A DNA stretch of 64,000 nt, taken from NCBI GenBank assembly GCA_002633005.1, contig NMRA01000213.1, positions 550,996 to 614,995 of the forward strand, read 5' to 3'. The position numbers and the translations under genes were made by a program. Source of the DNA: Phoronis australis. Its lineage: Eukaryota; Animalia; Phoronida. Under the pieces are notes generated by a model. The model was not told the DNA's origin. It did no database searches and was given only the letters and a program-made list of their open reading frames with translations. Positions 40,638 through 53,227 of this stretch are shown piece after piece (positions within the stretch are counted from its first letter, which is position 1; the number at the start of each line of letters is the position of its first letter).

Positions 40638-40791
40638 CAGTGGCGGACTTAGAGGGGGCCAAGGGGGTCATGGCCCCCCTAGAATTCTCCCCAATTGAAT
40701 TTGGTAATTCGGAGTGTAAATGTCTGACGGGCAAAGACCTGGCTAATACTCTGCCCCAGCCCCCCAACTCAAAATCCCGGATCCTCCCCTG
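40638..40791. mobile_element. hAT-type MITE family CAG(T/G)GGCGGA, copy 3
   Basis: CAGTGGCGGACTT ... GGATCCTCCCCTG. Flanks gtcatgcc / gtcaaggt resemble a decayed 8-bp TSD. Confidence 0.7.
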
Positions 40792-41694
40792 GTCAAGGTT
40801 TTGCAGCACTAGCTGGAGCATAGAACAGGCATTGCGCAGTACGTTTTGTCTGAGTAGACTTGAGTACGAACGTTCGAAGTCATTGAAGTGACTAACTCGA
40901 ACCAGTTTCAGTCGGTCGTTGCACCGAAAGCTACTTAACATTGGTTAGCGATAACCTGTGTCCGCCCACCCACGGAGCAAACCGTGAAATGTTCATTATA
41001 AAATTTGCAAACAGATGCGTTCCCGAATACGTATCAATAAAACGAAAGACGAATATAGACGACACACACATATTAAAACAGCAATTTCTTATTTTTTTTT
41101 GTTTTCATTATTTTATTCATATCATGACTGCAGTGCAATAAACGTAATTTTTTCATAAGCTCATTCATTCACACATTCCGATGAGAAAACCAACCAGTTT
41201 CCTATCTTAAAAGTGCAATGCACTTCAGATCAGACAAAAAAGCCATAAATGGGTAATACACCCTATGTCACGGATTTGGATCGTACTATGGCGTTGCAGT
41301 TTACTTTCTTATGTTATATTACTAAAATGTAGTTTAAACAATTCCTTCTCTGATAAGTAGCTTAAAAGTCCGGCAAATCAGTTTCCACTCAAAATCAGTG
41401 TCAAATACTATGAAATTTAATTTTTTGTGGTATTGTAAAATTATAGAAGCTGCTGGACAGTGAAATAGTTTGTGTTTTGGATTAACTCACCCATGGTATC
41501 AGTAATAATAAATGGAAATTGGAAATATTTCCTGAAATTTCTGAGGATGACGGGGTCAAAGAAGCAAAAACACAGAAAACGCGTGAGCGAATCTCAGCTG
41601 AAGCCTAATTTTAGACTCTGAAACTTAGTTGTAAGTTTGACCTGTCGTAGTAGAATAGATAGTTTTATGATCCACATATGTCCACAAAACTACC

Positions 41695-42756
41695 ACAATA
41701 CATCCACACATTGATTATTGTGATATTATATATCAGTCTGCCAATACAGGTGCTTTCCAACATTTGGAGAAGTTACAATATCAAACCGCCTTACTCATAA
41801 CCGGAGCTTACAGGGGATCTAATAGTGTTATGGTTTTGAATAGCCTCAAGTGGCCCAAACTGTCTACTCGACGCAATCTTCACATGACCACATTTACTTT
41901 CAAGGTAATAAACAATGTCAACAACGTGTCTGTCAAAAAAATATTTGATCTATACACTAAACAAGGCCATCGCAATGATTTCAGATCCTCCACCCCATAT
42001 GCAATTCCTCCGTCGTTCGGCCAGGCATTCAGAAGGTCTACAGTCATGATGTGCATCAACAACTGGAAATTCTCTTCCAGTCTCTGTTAAGGGAAGCAAC
42101 TCTTTTACGAGTATAAAAAATAATTTTAGAACTGTTTTTCAAAATTTCGATAACTCAACACCCTTGACTCAATTTTCCCTTACCCGCGATAACGAAATAG
42201 CATTGTACAGATCAAGATGTGGCCTTTTCCTCAACTCTGACAAGTTCAGGCACAACTTTAGTAATGTCTCTCCAAACTGTAAATGTGGTGACCATCAATC
42301 TTATCCTCATATTTTCTTCAAATGTCCCCTCATCGAATACCTGAGAGACTCACTCTTTCGTGCACTCAATGAAAACCAATCAATTGTTAACGCTCTCAAT
42401 TCTTGTAATGATATCCCTACTAGAGTTACATTATTATTGAATGGTGGACCTAACCTTGACCTCGTTCTCAATGATTTCCTTCTAAGCAACGTTAGTAATT
42501 TTTAGTACCGTTTATCAATATTGTTGCATCTGATTTCAATACATGAATCTGTACATATCTTTGTTTTTATATATTTGTAATAGCATATTCAAGTATTGGA
42601 ATACTTATATTAGACTACTTAATTGTATATACCTGTATGCATATTAGTTTCATTTATGAATGGTTTACAACCCAGATATATTGCTTCGCGGTTTCTGGGT
42701 TTGTTATTATTTCTTTGTTTGTTCTGTGTATTCTTCAATAAATATATATCACTTTA
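41695..42756 (+). mobile_element. 5'-truncated non-LTR retrotransposon (CR1/L2 group) ORF2 C-terminus plus 3' UTR
   Basis: IDYCDIIY..LEKLQYQTALLITGA..LKWPKLSTRR and LNSD..SPNCKCG..HIFFKCP. 3' hairpin (aacccaga..tctgggtt) and AATAAA. Direct repeat AAAACTACC at 41686-41694 and 42757-42765. Confidence 0.85.
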
Positions 42757-43519
42757 AAAACTACCGACGAACTTATGTTTACATGCAACAATTAGCCAAT
42801 GTTTAGCAACCTCAGACAAAGGGAGCATTTGCAACAGACACAACTGATCAGTGAAAATCCTCAGTCTTGATACTTTAAGTACTCAAGATTGTTTTTCAAA
42901 ACATTGGTTCACTTCATAGAAAATAGAATGTAATAAAATTAAAATAGTTGGTTTCCTGTGAATTATATTTTTCTTAAGAAGTTCTGCAATTACCACTGAC
43001 GTCATCAAAGGAAAAATGGCTGCCGAGGAAGATAAAGCAGACATTGTTCACTGGAGTCTTTATATTGATCTGGTTAGTGGGACTTCAATGGAATACCCAA
43101 ACTAGCAAGCAGTTGAAACATTAGCTAAATCTAATAAGTGGATAACAGATCTTCTGAAACATGTTAAATCAGGCCTTGTCCCGTTTACTGCAGGCAGAGA
43201 GTCAGCTGAATTTTGCCAGAGTGGGTCTGATTACCTCCGTTTTCTCTCAGAATTGACTGTTTTGTGGAAAACATCGAGCTCAGTTTTAAATCAGATGGAG
43301 ACCAAGAAAAACATGTACCTACCCTTAATAATAGAGTTTGATTTCGGGGTGTCAGAGGAAATTTCTCAAAGAATTGCTCGAGGAACAGAATGTACTGATT
43401 GAGCTAGGTCAGGTGACTTGTTATGCAGGTCATACATGTAAGTGTTCCAAAATTTTTAGAAATGTAGTTGGTACGTTTTGCTTTGTTAGGACAACAATTT
43501 GAAGGGTCACAACAATACT

Positions 43520-43845
43520 TTTGACTCCCCTGTTACCCTATGGTGTAGCCACCACGCGCGTTCAATACTGGTGAATAAAATAAAGCATCCTCTAGTCGTC
43601 TGTACAATTCTGTCAGCTACGAAACAGCACTAGGGCAAAGTTCGCCGGGTACGACCCGATGATTACATGAAGCGTGTTGAACGGGAAGCAAATTCAGAAC
43701 GATTACTAAATTAGTTATCATTATACATGTAGTTAGCAGTGGTACCAGTAGCTGCAACGGTTTTGTTGCTGTTGTCCACCTAAATCCTGTCCTTAACGGA
43801 GAGGCTGGACCTTTTCCGCTTTGGAACCTCCTGGCAACGGGCCTG
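43520..43845. repeat. Dispersed repeat, copy of the right end of the 4382-6160 element
   Basis: gactcccc(t)tgttaccct.tggtgtag.ccacgcgc ... acgggcctg matches 5835-6160. Confidence 0.7.
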
Positions 43846-43984
43846 CATTTCTTCAAATTTAGGTTAATAAAGTTTAGGGCACACTGCTTACAGTCACGTT
43901 CTTAATGCTTATGAATGTTGATAAGTCCGTTGAATTAAATGAAACCAACCTTGCAAAGAAGAAGAGAACGCTTGCGTACACTTG

Positions 43985-44428
43985 CATTTATCTGATAACA
44001 ATTCTTTACCCTGCATTGTGAACAATACTTTCTGGGAATAGCATTTCAATGATTTTTTCATGACGATTCTTGGAAAGAACGCAAGCTGAAGCGCGACTAT
44101 TGTAATGTCTGTTGAATTGAATGCAGTCAGCCTTGTGTAGTAGAAGAGAACGTCTGTTTACGTATTTATTTGTCTGATAACAATCATTTACCCTGGATTG
44201 AGAAGAACAACTATGAGGCATAGTTTTCAAGCATTTTTATGACGATTCTTGGAAAGATTGTAATCTGAAACGCGACTAGTGTAATGTCGGTTGAATTAAA
44301 TGTAACAAACGTTGCAGGTATTTATATGACAACGATTCTTTACTCTGCATTGAGAACAACATTGTCGAGGCATAGTTTTCCAAACATTTTTTCATGACGA
44401 TTCCTGGAAAGAACGTAACCTGACACGT
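43985..44428. repeat. Degenerate tandem repeat, about 2.7 copies of a 155-180 bp unit
   Basis: atgacgattc(t/c)tggaaaga and ctgataacaa..tttac.ctg.attg recur three times. Confidence 0.75.
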
Positions 44429-45558
44429 TTCGGCACTCAGTAACAGCAGCATGGAGTATGCATTTAAAAACTGCACTCGTCAGATATTTGTACTCAACAC
44501 GAGATGTTTGTATGCAGTTATAGATAACTTTTGTTCGCCGTTATTATGGAGATAAGAAAGTGCGTGATTTAGTTTTTTTTTTTTGAAAACAGGCACATTT
44601 TCGTGTCTCTCATTAAAGTCGGGAAGGCAACGAATTTCAGATCATGCAGCCACGGTTATTTGACCAGTTTATAAAACCTTTTCACGCCGGTGTTGCAGTC
44701 CACAACACAACACTTAATACTTCGTTAGCACTGGAAGAAAGAATAGAATAATGCAAGTGTCTCAGACAACAACAAATAACAAAATTGTAAAAATCCAGTG
44801 GCTCGAAAACGAGGCAGCAAATGTGCCTGACGCATGTTTACGGCATTGTGGGTAAATACAGCTAGATTCGAGTGCCGCTGTGTAATCCGGGACGGCCCTA
44901 TTGCCATGAACCGCAAGTATATAGTACTAACTGTATGTTTTTAATTCTATGTGTGCTTCGACCGCACAATTAGTAGCGGAAAGCAATCATAATGCACTTC
45001 AGCACGTGCATTATACTCAACTAAATAACCCCGGCATAAATCCTGAAGGTTACTGGAGTGATACACTGACTTATTCAGTTCTAACCGTGGCGTTATGTTA
45101 AACTAGGGAGACGATTTGTGTGCGTCAAAATATTGCCCTTCGTTATCCGTAGGATTCACAAAGGACTGTAGGTGATACTCAATCATTAAACTAAGACCGT
45201 GAGTTATTTTTAGAGAGAACTCTTGTCGGTTACTGACTGTAGCCCAGCTTAGAAAACTCTAAAAAGTTACTCAGCTACTTTGATATTTAAACACAAATCT
45301 TAGCCGAGTACAGAGATTTCATCGCTTACTTCTCTCCGAGCCAGTTCTAAATTTCGTCTTGTCTTTTACGCTGGCATTTCCTCCGCGATAATTCTACATT
45401 TAAAACATTCATTGACGCCTTGCTACGCGAAGACATCTACATGTAATTTAAGCAACTCCTCGTGATGGTCATGTGACACAACTCGTTTCTCTGACCCTAC
45501 TCCGGCAAGTGTGCAAAAAAGCCCAATAATTGGTCCAGTCACATAAAGTTTACGTAAG

Positions 45559-45690
45559 CAGTGGCGGACTTAAGGTTGGAGGGGGTAAGGCGACATTGCC
45601 CCCAAAAATTCTCCCAGATTCCATTTGGCAGCTTGGGGGTTCGAATGTCTGCCCTGCCCCTCCAACTCAAAATTCTGGATCCGCCCCTGA
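45559..45690. mobile_element. hAT-type MITE family CAG(T/G)GGCGGA, copy 4
   Basis: CAGTGGCGGACTT ... GGATCCGCCCCTG termini. Confidence 0.72.
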
Positions 45691-46699
45691 TACCAACTTC
45701 TAAGTCTTTCGAAATTCTGTGCAATCTACGCAAGAAACGTGTATGATTGCATTCATTGTATTGTACTTGTAGTGCCAGTGACTGTTTACGGAGAATCTTT
45801 TCTCTGGTAACTTACCAGTGTTTCGACCAATCTCCATGTAAAATCCCTTCCGGGTGCAGCATTGATTTCTGGTCCTCAGCAATGGTGAACTTTCCCAATT
45901 AAAGACATAGTTTCACACCAAAACAACTGCTTTTCAACACAAATAACAGCACTGAGTGACTTTGTTGCACAGGGCAGTTCTTGTCCGCACAGCTTGGTTT
46001 ATTCGAAATGCCCAGCAGTAATAAAGAAGTTTTAGTTATCTATGGGATATAGTATCTTTGGCAGTAATGACCTTACCCGACTTCAGCCGAGTCAATTCTG
46101 AGAACAGGAATATGTGGTTACATAACCGTTTGTGATGTCAGATCAGTTAGACAACTGTGTATTGCAATGGCTACAGGCACCCAACCCTCCAAAATTTACA
46201 TGTAGCTTGCTTCATACGATAATTCCTTTCAACTCAATTTGTTGGCATAACTGAATTGTTTTTTGCCAACGAGATGTAAAGACCATTGTATCACAGATAA
46301 TAAAGCCTAATACAAAATATTACAGTTTTCATTTTTTCATTTTAAGCAGTGAGTAGGAAGGTTGTCACCTTTTTATTTAACCACATATGTAGTTGAAATT
46401 TGAGTGGAGGTGGCAATCTGAATGACAGAATTACAAGAACACTTCAAATGGAGGTCTTCTTTTAAATTCATGTGTTTATTTATAGAAATAATAATAAAAC
46501 CAAGGCATCCATGAAGATGCCAGTGAACATATTATATCAGGCGTTCATTATGGCAAGATAATTCTACCATGCTAAGGTCACTGAGTCATAGAAATTAAAG
46601 AACAGATCAGAGGACGGTTATGATTTAATCCACAGTCCAACGCGAATTGTGAGAATTTTCATCACTCAACAAGTAACATGTGCATGAACTGGATGAACA

Positions 46700-47268
46700 A
46701 TATAGTTGCATATTTGACGATCACTTTCAATTCAAAATTTGAAAATGCCTACCCTTCTACCGTACTATTAGTGCAATTAATCCAAAAGAGCAGAATAACA
46801 AATCTCAATTTTCTGCTGTTTTGTTTCCTGGCAGAGTTTAAGGCATTCGCACGGCATTACTTTTTGGGATCTCTCTCGTTGTTATGTGCAAGTAGCTTAC
46901 TTAGGTCGTAGGGCTAAACTTTTATGCTTAAGCATAGACATTCACGTTCAGACTCCCTTGGGTTTATGAATAACACAAAGCCTACTCTTATCGTACATGT
47001 ATGCAAGATCTCGTCATCTACAAACAGCGGCCCTCGGGAAAAGTTGGCCGAGTACGGCCTGATGCCACGTGAAGCGCTTTGAATCAGAAGTAAATTCAAA
47101 ATTATTACTAACGTAGTTTTGATTGAATTTGGTAGCACTAGTAGCTACAACAATTTTGTTGTTGTTGTCCATTCCTATCCTATCTTTAACGAATATGCTG
47201 GGGTTGGACCTTTTCAGCGGGGGAGGGCTTCGATCGAAGTCCCCGAACCTCCCTGGCTACGGGCCCGC
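46700..47268. repeat. Dispersed repeat related to 5620-6160
   Basis: Shared atatttgacgatcactttcaat, ttaaggcattcgcac, gactcccttg and ctacgggcc blocks. Confidence 0.7.
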
Positions 47269-48820
47269 CTAACAATAATAATAAAAGTAAAATTACTGAT
47301 CAATGTAAAAAGGTGAAACATAAACTAGAATCTTTATTTAATTCAACTGCAAATCAGTTACTATTTCCAAAAACATTTTACATAGTGGTTGGATACCCCT
47401 GCCCCAAATGTTGACGCCTTGGGCCGTCGCCACGATGACTGAGCACCATGTGCACAATCTATGAATAATTAATTTGAACGTATTTTATATTCACTATCAG
47501 GACAAAACGCGAACAGTTCCATTGCCCTAACAACGATTGTCAATCTAACTACACTGAAAAATTATCAATACTCGTTATTTCCACGAACTGTGAATAATAT
47601 GTTCGCAACATGAACAGAATGTTTTATCTACGTTACAGCTTTGATAGTTTCCATGCAATCTAACACTACCGTACGAATCCATTATCAGGTGCCGCAGAGG
47701 TGTTTTCAGCCTTTTTGGAGAACACCATGTCAAGCATAAAAATACGGACTGTTCCAACAGCCCATCTTCCTCGTACGTTGCACTGAGAACGCACCGTTTT
47801 TCCGCACTTCACGTAACATTGGGTTTGAGAATTTCAACTTTTGATAAAACATCGTTCCCATCTGGCGTAGTTTGGGCGCTTCAGGGCAAATAATACATAT
47901 AGCAGGGTCATGAAAATGATGACATTATTGGTTTTTACCATCTCTGGAGTTCTCTGTGGGCTCGGTTTATCAGAAAGATTTAGCTTGCCCAAAACTGATC
48001 AGTTTTGCCAAATTTGTGAAATGAAGGTACATGTAGTTGGCGCGCATACATAACGTAGAGGACTTCAAAAGACGGTATTTCGATTATTCCTCGTTTTAGC
48101 AGTTGCATCAAATGACTCGTCTTAAAACAGGGGGACGCAGTTTAGACTGGAAAAATAGGACAACGAAAAATCAACCTTCTTGCAAACACAATGTGCCATC
48201 CGTCACGGAAGGGTTTTTAGGTTTTGTTTTTAATAGTGAATCATGTAGAGTATTCCGCTGTTTTTGCATAGACTTGGGAGGACACTCCAACCTCAGGCGC
48301 GATGTTTCGTGGTTTTCATGCCCTGCCGTAAACTTGCGGACAAAAATCTCTCACCTTGCGTGTTGACCTATGTCGTGTTACTTGGTGGGTTGATTAAGCT
48401 CAATTCGGGTATTTGTCTGGCGGGGCTAACCCACCACTAGATTTGTCTGGCAGTGTTCATTCGTGATACCTTGGCTCACGGTGAATATTTTGTTTCATGT
48501 GGTTACCTCTTGGATTGATCGAGCTCAATTGTTTTAACTTTTTTATAACCGTCTGGCTGATACTCACCACCACTGAAATTGTCTGACAGTGACCAATTTT
48601 GATACAGTAGATTACGTAGTAGGTTTCGAAGGCAGTTTGCAGTGTTTACAAAAAAAGTTGATCTAGCTCAATTTTTGAGTGTCGTTCTCTTGGCTCCTCC
48701 TGACCACACCCATCAGAGAAAACCGGGCGGACGGCAATTTCCAAGCACGAGTATACCTATTGAGCACTTTGGCACCAAAAAAATTTTCTACTTTTTCATG
48801 CCCAAAAAAGCTCTGGGATT

Positions 48821-49657
48821 NNNNNNNNNNNNNNNNNNNNNNNNNNNNNNNNNNNNNNNNNNNNNNNNNNNNNNNNNNNNNNNNNNNNNNNNNNNNNNNN
48901 NNNNNNNNNNNNNNNNNNNNNNNNNNNNNNNNNNNNNNNNNNNNNNNNNNNNNNNNNNNNNNNNNNNNNNNNNNNNNNNNNNNNNNNNNNNNNNNNNNNN
49001 NNNNNNNNNNNNNNNNNNNNNNNNNNNNNNNNNNNNNNNNNNNNNNNNNNNNNNNNNNNNNNNNNNNNNNNNNNNNNNNNNNNNNNNNNNNNNNNNNNNN
49101 NNNNNNNNNNNNNNNNNNNNNNNNNNNNNNNNNNNNNNNNNNNNNNNNNNNNNNNNNNNNNNNNNNNNNNNNNNNNNNNNNNNNNNNNNNNNNNNNNNNN
49201 NNNNNNNNNNNNNNNNNNNNNNNNNNNNNNNNNNNNNNNNNNNNNNNNNNNNNNNNNNNNNNNNNNNNNNNNNNNNNNNNNNNNNNNNNNNNNNNNNNNN
49301 NNNNNNNNNNNNNNNNNNNNNNNNNNNNNNNNNNNNNNNNNNNNNNNNNNNNNNNNNNNNNNNNNNNNNNNNNNNNNNNNNNNNNNNNNNNNNNNNNNNN
49401 NNNNNNNNNNNNNNNNNNNNNNNNNNNNNNNNNNNNNNNNNNNNNNNNNNNNNNNNNNNNNNNNNNNNNNNNNNNNNNNNNNNNNNNNNNNNNNNNNNNN
49501 NNNNNNNNNNNNNNNNNNNNNNNNNNNNNNNNNNNNNNNNNNNNNNNNNNNNNNNNNNNNNNNNNNNNNNNNNNNNNNNNNNNNNNNNNNNNNNNNNNNN
49601 NNNNNNNNNNNNNNNNNNNNNNNNNNNNNNNNNNNNNNNNNNNNNNNNNNNNNNNNN
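48821..49657. other. Assembly gap (N run)
   Basis: Run of n. Confidence 1.
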
Positions 49658-49699
49658 AGTCGCACTGACGGCGTTTTCTCGGCCTGGGTTCCTGAATGA

Positions 49700-49740
49700 A
49701 TTGTACTTCCGGGTTCGCGGCAAGTTCAAAATGGCGGTGT
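49700..49740 (+). promoter_or_regulatory. Promoter-like ETS plus YY1 motif pair
   Basis: ACTTCCGG at 49705-49712 and AAAATGGCGG at 49728-49737 in a CpG-rich patch next to the gap. Could instead be a transposon end. Confidence 0.25.
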
Positions 49741-49924
49741 TTCTTCGGGTGCGAATCGTGAGTGGCGCGTTCATTTAAACAGTTTTCGAGTACGGATCGT
49801 GTATTAGTTATGGGGTAGGTACTTCTTGGATCCTTATAACATCTTCTAACCATGTAATAAGGGTTAACAACGCGTGAGAGAATTACTTTAAGTTGTCTGG
49901 CAGATACGTTCAAGAAAACGCCAC

Positions 49925-50810
49925 GGTTTCGCGTGGCGACTATAATGACTACTCCCCATAGAGTGGCAAAATTGGGAAAATATGAAAAGAATTTTAAAAG
50001 AAATGTCTTTGTTTTTTCACCCACTGTCTCCTTCTCGTTCTTTCAAAGCACTCTCGACAAATTTGGTTTAAAACTACTTCATCATCTATAGTTAATGGCC
50101 TAGTCAAAGACCTTTTTGACAGTGAAGGTCATCATTACGGATGACATTTCACTTGCTTAGTACCTTCTTGCAAATAATCTATTCATTTACTTTATTTCAA
50201 TTCTATCTTTGTTAACGCGTCAATCGTGTATAGTTGGTCTTCATTTGTCGGTATACAATCATGAAAATTTAAGCTGTTACCAGGAATGTAAAACTCCTTA
50301 GACGTTTGGTATTGTACTGTACAACCCAGCCCATCTTTATTAAAGAAGGCACTAATGTACATGTATTATGTTAGGGCAATTTATGAATGCGTTTGCCTTT
50401 GTTGGGGTGTTCTTTTTTAAAGATGTAGATAACAAAAAGTGCTATGATTTCGCGTGGTGACCACAACGGCAACGATGACGAAATTGGGAAAATATGATAA
50501 GAATTTTTTAAAGTATCATCTTTCATTTTTTCAGCCAGTGCCTCATTCTCATTGTTTCAAAGCATTCTCGACAAAGTTAGTTTGTAGCTAGTTTATCACC
50601 AATAGTTACATGTAATTGCCTTGACAAAAACACTTTTTGTCCGTGAAGATCGTCATTACAGATGACGTTTCACTTGCTTAGTAGCTTCCTGCGAATAATC
50701 TATTCATTCACGTCATTTCAATTCTACCTTCCGACCGAAGATTTGTTAACGCGTCAATCATTTATATTTCGCCTCCATTTGTGAGAGTATTGTACTATAC
50801 AACCCAGTCC
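49925..50810. repeat. Old tandem duplication, unit about 500 bp
   Basis: tttcgcgtgg, aaattgggaaaatatga, tttcaaagca.tctcgacaa, tttcacttgcttagta, tttgttaacgcgtcaatc and acaacccag each occur twice in the same order. Confidence 0.85.
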
Positions 50811-51268
50811 TCAAGCTGAGTGCAGCGATGGCTTCGGTAGAACTTGGTGTACCCAACTTATTTTTTTGCAGATGGATAAATAGGCTTAGACTCGGATCAG
50901 GAGTTCAAAATTTCATCACCTAGTTTCACATGGTCAAAAATAGAATTATTTTCTTCTTAGTCTAGCTACAACACCTACATGTACATCAGCTGGTACAGCA
51001 GTCTCAATTGCCCGATTACGCACTCAGCTTGAGGAATCAGTGCTGAAATTGTGCGTGTGCAAGAGAAGTCAGAAAGGTTAGGTGTCTTGCTAGAGGACAC
51101 TGAGAGTCGACGTGGGTGGTGTCGCCCGATTCGATAAGAGTGCAGCACGTGTTGTGAAGGCAGTCTGCGCGCGCGAGGCATGGACATCTATATGCCGCCA
51201 GAGTAGAGATTGAAATGACCCAGTGTTCAACGTAACAAAAATGTTCACGAAAACAACAACGGATTTAA

Positions 51269-51316
51269 AACTTGACATGTTTCGGTGTCATTTATTAAAC
51301 ACCATCCTCAGAAGTC
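51269..51316 (-). ncRNA. Minimal type I hammerhead ribozyme (inverted copy)
   Basis: Reverse complement of 51989-52036 with one difference in loop II. Confidence 0.8.
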
Positions 51317-51988
51317 ATAATACAGTGGCCACCTAGCTAGGCCCAGCAACAAGTAATGAAGCACAGATACAGTCAGTTACAGGGAGTGACAGTGAACTAT
51401 ACCAACAATGACAACCTGTGGTGTGTCAGTTGCCTATTGAGATTGGGCTTGCACCAACTGATATGTAAAGCCTCACGAATTTTAAGCTCCTTTGTTGTTA
51501 CTGCCTGGTCTATTATTGCAAAGTCATTGAAAGAGCACTGCTGATAACAATGTTTGGAGCTCTGCAGGTGAATATTTACATGTGAATTACTGTCAGAATT
51601 TAGATGTTCCTTGGTCCTGGTTTTCAAATGGCGAACAGTTTCGCCTATATAACTGGAGCCACATCCAGCACAGCCATTTGAAAACCAGGACCAAGGAACA
51701 TCTAAATTCTGACAGTAATTCACATGTAAATATTCACCTGCAGAGCTCCAATCATTGTTATCAGCAGTGCTCTTTCAATGACTTTGCAATAATAGACCAG
51801 GCAGTAACAACAAAGGAGCTTAAAATTCGTGAGGCTTTACATATCAGTTGGTGCAAGCCCAATCTCAATAGGCAACTGACACACCACAGGTTGTCATTGT
51901 TGGTATAGTTCACTGTCACTCCCTGTAACTGACTGTATCTGTGCTTCATTACTTGTTGCTGGGCCTAGCTAGGTGGCCACTGTATTAT

Positions 51989-52036
51989 GACTTCTGAGGA
52001 TGGTGTTTAATTAATGACACCGAAACATGTCAAGTT
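51989..52036 (+). ncRNA. Minimal type I hammerhead ribozyme
   Basis: gactt-CTGAGGA-t-ggtgt-loop-acacc-GAAA-CATG-TC-aagtt. Intact core, stems I and II, palindromic mini stem III, GUC cleavage triplet ending at 52031. Confidence 0.82.
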
Positions 52037-53137
52037 TTAAATCCGTTGTTGTTTTCGTGAACATATGCTGTTACTTGCTATCATGGAGAACACAAATGTT
52101 GTATTGCACAGATTCAAACGTATCGTTGAATTGAAACTCGTGATATTATTATACGATTTTAGTGGAAAATAAGATAAGAAACTTTGGTAATTATTGAAAA
52201 TCTCACCCAAGTGACTCCATTTGCGCAGAAAGTGCTATTTTGTTATCCCAAAGTCCATTCTTCCAAAATGTTGGCGGTACAGGCACGTGGAAATGTTGAA
52301 CCACTACAATGAACGTAGTTCTTTATCCTCGTCGCCAATATTGTTATGTAGACACTAACGCAGTGATTTGATATAAAAAATGCATGTATATATTCTGAAT
52401 GCTTGAGAAATATAAGATGCATGCAATTACTCAGTGGAAAGGGTTATCGTTTTGAACTGAAACTCAACTCTGCTTCATAGCGAAGTTCACGGTAAAATCG
52501 GAATTACGTAATTAACATCATTCTAGTCCCGTCCCAGGCTGTGTTTTGTAGACCATTAAACTGCGGCGAGAAATGTTTTCTTATGGAACAACAGGAATAT
52601 TGAATTATTTCCCATGATGAATTTAATCTCATGATGCAGCATTCCAAACTCACCGACCTATCACTCCAGTGACGACTCGCCTTGTAACCAATATTCACGA
52701 AGCACTTGCCTTTTTCTTTCGTTATGCCTGTTTTCACTCTAGAAACTCGATCTACATGTACGCAACTCGCACCTGGTGATTTTGGTCACAGCACATGGGT
52801 GCAGTTGTGAAGTCTCCTCAAGGGCAAAGCAAGTACAAGGTTGCAATGCTTATAAAATAACACGAAAAAGTTTGCTTTTCTTTGTTAGCTAGCTGCATTT
52901 ACTAAACCGTTATCACGTTTTTGTAATTATATTCTTGCAGTTTCGAAGCAAGGTATATCTCTTTCATTTTTCCAATAGATAATAGTGGTCCGTGATAACG
53001 GCATTTTATATTCTGACCGTACATACCGGACTGTAGGCTGAATGTAAACAAGAAAAAGTCATGTCTAAACAGAAGTGAAAGAAGTAAGACTGTGATTCTA
53101 TCATTTAAAGATGTGTGTATTTGTTCTTGCACGTTAG

Positions 53138-53227
53138 GGAATAATGTCGGCCACGATGGTTCATCCAATTACTTCCGCCCGGGCAAAACCAAAGGAACAC
53201 TGCATTACTACAATTACACCCACGCCG
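53138..53227 (+). CDS. Candidate linker exon upstream of the SUEL exon
   Basis: gcacgttag|GG..GCCG|gtaagt, 90 nt, phase 1-1, open. Ends GTLHYYNYTHA, resembling the YY-containing tails of exons 56680-56886 and 63777-63980. Confidence 0.5.

Larger units (their letters stand above)
51241..52064 (-). mobile_element. Near-perfect palindromic Penelope-like remnant
   Basis: Arms 51241-51632 and 51673-52064 are reverse complements (two mismatches seen) around a 40-bp spacer. The - strand encodes CAGCGSSYIGETVRHLKTRTKEH..LKIREALHI..KPNLNRQ (GIY-YIG). Confidence 0.93.

Noticed and set aside
48642-50024. Long ORFs of 289-453 aa in the ORF track
   Set aside because: Artefacts of translating through the N gap.
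51582-51908. 108-aa + strand ORF as a host gene
   Set aside because: Inverted copy of the Penelope GIY-YIG C-terminus produced by the palindrome.
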